IMG/VR virus record: IMGVR_UViG_3300010356_002264
From: a virus
Lineage: Duplodnaviria > Caudoviricetes
Reading direction: 5' to 3' (one strand)
DNA length: 64,000 bases
The notes beneath the pieces are model-generated. The model was not told the DNA's origin. It saw nothing but the letters and a program-made list of their open reading frames with translations, and ran no database searches. Each line of letters starts with the position of its first letter. Position 1 is the stretch's first letter. Both the position numbers and the translations under genes were made by a program. Shown piece after piece: positions 62,784 through 64,000 of this stretch.

Positions 62784-64000
62784 ATGGTGTCCCGCATACG
62801 CATCGCGTTCGACCTTCACTCTCTGGAAAACGCCCTAGAGAAGGGGTTTCAGGGTCAAGCCAAGGACCACGCCGACCCCAAGGCTGCGGCTCATCAATGG
62901 GCCGCAGCGATTCGTCACGTGCTGGAGACTCGTGAGGACCCCACTGAGTGGGTGAAGGCATCCCTCCAGGTACGAAAGACGGAGAAGGAAGGGTGGCGGC
63001 ACTTCCCCTACGAAGTGCAGGTGGAGTCCCACTACATGCTGCCTGCGCGCGAGGTGCTGGAGAAGGCGGGCCGCAGCGCCAAGGTTGACCCTGCTGTGGT
63101 CAAGTGGTCCGAGAAGGACACCCACGTTCTCGATGAGATCGCCAAACTGCATGGCGCCGCGTTCGCCGACGACGTGCGTTCGCCGACCGCGTGGCAGGAA
63201 GAGATCGACAACGGCGACCTCGACAAGACGCTTGACGACCACACGGTCGGCCTAGAGACGGGACCAGAGGGCTGGCGTGTGGAGGGTGTAGATCAACCTC
63301 GCGTCACGTCGTCCGCGTCGTCAGACGGTACGGTGACGACGGTACTGCGCGCGATTCTCCACCTTCAGGACCCTCCGTTCGAGACCGACGAGGATAACCC
63401 GCGTCACTACCGGGACGCAGCGGGTCCCCCCCACTTGCGCCTCGTGCGAGACGAGGAGGAAGGTCCCCGAATGAACCCGACACCCCGCAAAGAGCCTTCG
63501 GATGAGGACCGCGCGGCCCAGGCCCTGTTTGACCGGGAGGTCGTGGGGCGGACCGGTGAGGGTGAGAAGCTGCGCTGGCACGCCTACCGAGGAAACATCG
63601 AGGTCACCGAGCTTGCGGGCGCAGGGAAGCCCGGCAAGCGCCCCCGACGGGTCCGCTTGTTCCTGCCCGACCGCGCGCTCCCGAAGGCGGCCTACGTGGA
63701 GCTCGCGAAGTTCCTGCGGCTCATGCTCAGCGAGCACGCTCACTACGAGGGTGCAGTCCACTGGTTCAAGAAGTTCTACGACACCTACGGGACGCAGGTG
63801 TACGGCTGGCGCGACCCCATCGAGGAGACGGTCGTTCGTGGCGTCGACGTGGACCCCAAGTCCAGCCGGTTCAAGGCCCACTTCAACGAGGAGCGCGGTG
63901 AGGTCACCGTGTCCCCCACGAGCATCCTGTTCTCCTGGCGCAGCGGGATCAACGACCTCAAGGGAGGTCCCAACACGGGTCGGGAGACCCAGAAGGTGTA
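62784..64000 (+). CDS. hypothetical protein, runs off the window edge (MVSRIRIAFD...)
   Basis: Open frame of over 400 codons to the edge; absent from the ORF track. Confidence 0.7.
   Translation, partial: MVSRIRIAFDLHSLENALEKGFQGQAKDHADPKAAAHQWAAAIRHVLETREDPTEWVKASLQVRKTEKEGWRHFPYEVQVESHYMLPAREVLEKAGRSAKVDPAVVKWSEKDTHVLDEIAKLHGAAFADDVRSPTAWQEEIDNGDLDKTLDDHTVGLETGPEGWRVEGVDQPRVTSSASSDGTVTTVLRAILHLQDPPFETDEDNPRHYRDAAGPPHLRLVRDEEEGPRMNPTPRKEPSDEDRAAQALFDREVVGRTGEGEKLRWHAYRGNIEVTELAGAGKPGKRPRRVRLFLPDRALPKAAYVELAKFLRLMLSEHAHYEGAVHWFKKFYDTYGTQVYGWRDPIEETVVRGVDVDPKSSRFKAHFNEERGEVTVSPTSILFSWRSGINDLKGGPNTGRETQKV

Overview
High-GC window that looks like part of a jumbo phage or similar very large mobile element. 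The inference rests on dense short hypothetical genes, free-standing homing-type nucleases, a beta-clamp-like gene, a lone GroEL, a sigma factor and a MoxR/vWA pair; no capsid, terminase or rRNA gene is visible, and a myxobacterial host is only a guess. The central feature is a ~14 kb + strand array (6889-20984) of 44 tRNA genes grouped by amino acid, plus one - strand tRNA-Met. It is preceded by a sigma70-type promoter, a 53-codon leader ORF and a terminator, and HNH and PD-(D/E)XK nuclease genes are inserted throughout. Between the tRNAs lie unannotated structured RNAs: four circularly permuted tRNA-like RNAs that share a CC(U/A)C/ACUC internal-loop stem (one reconstructs a complete tRNA-Tyr(GUA)), a permuted tmRNA-like RNA with a non-alanine acceptor stem, tRNA scaffolds with large loop insertions, and 8/4-type tRNAs. 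Across the window the motif WCAGCTC(C/G/T) ends exactly 30 nt before 18 ATG start codons, which suggests a leaderless promoter regulon. Auxiliary genes include Ppx/GppA, a PAPS-reductase family protein, an extended Dps, two DNA methyltransferases, UDG, a radical SAM + PLP enzyme pair, kinases and phosphatases, a nicotinamidase-vWA-PP2C-kinase operon and a CinA/nucleotidyltransferase fusion. All folds and motif matches were done by eye.
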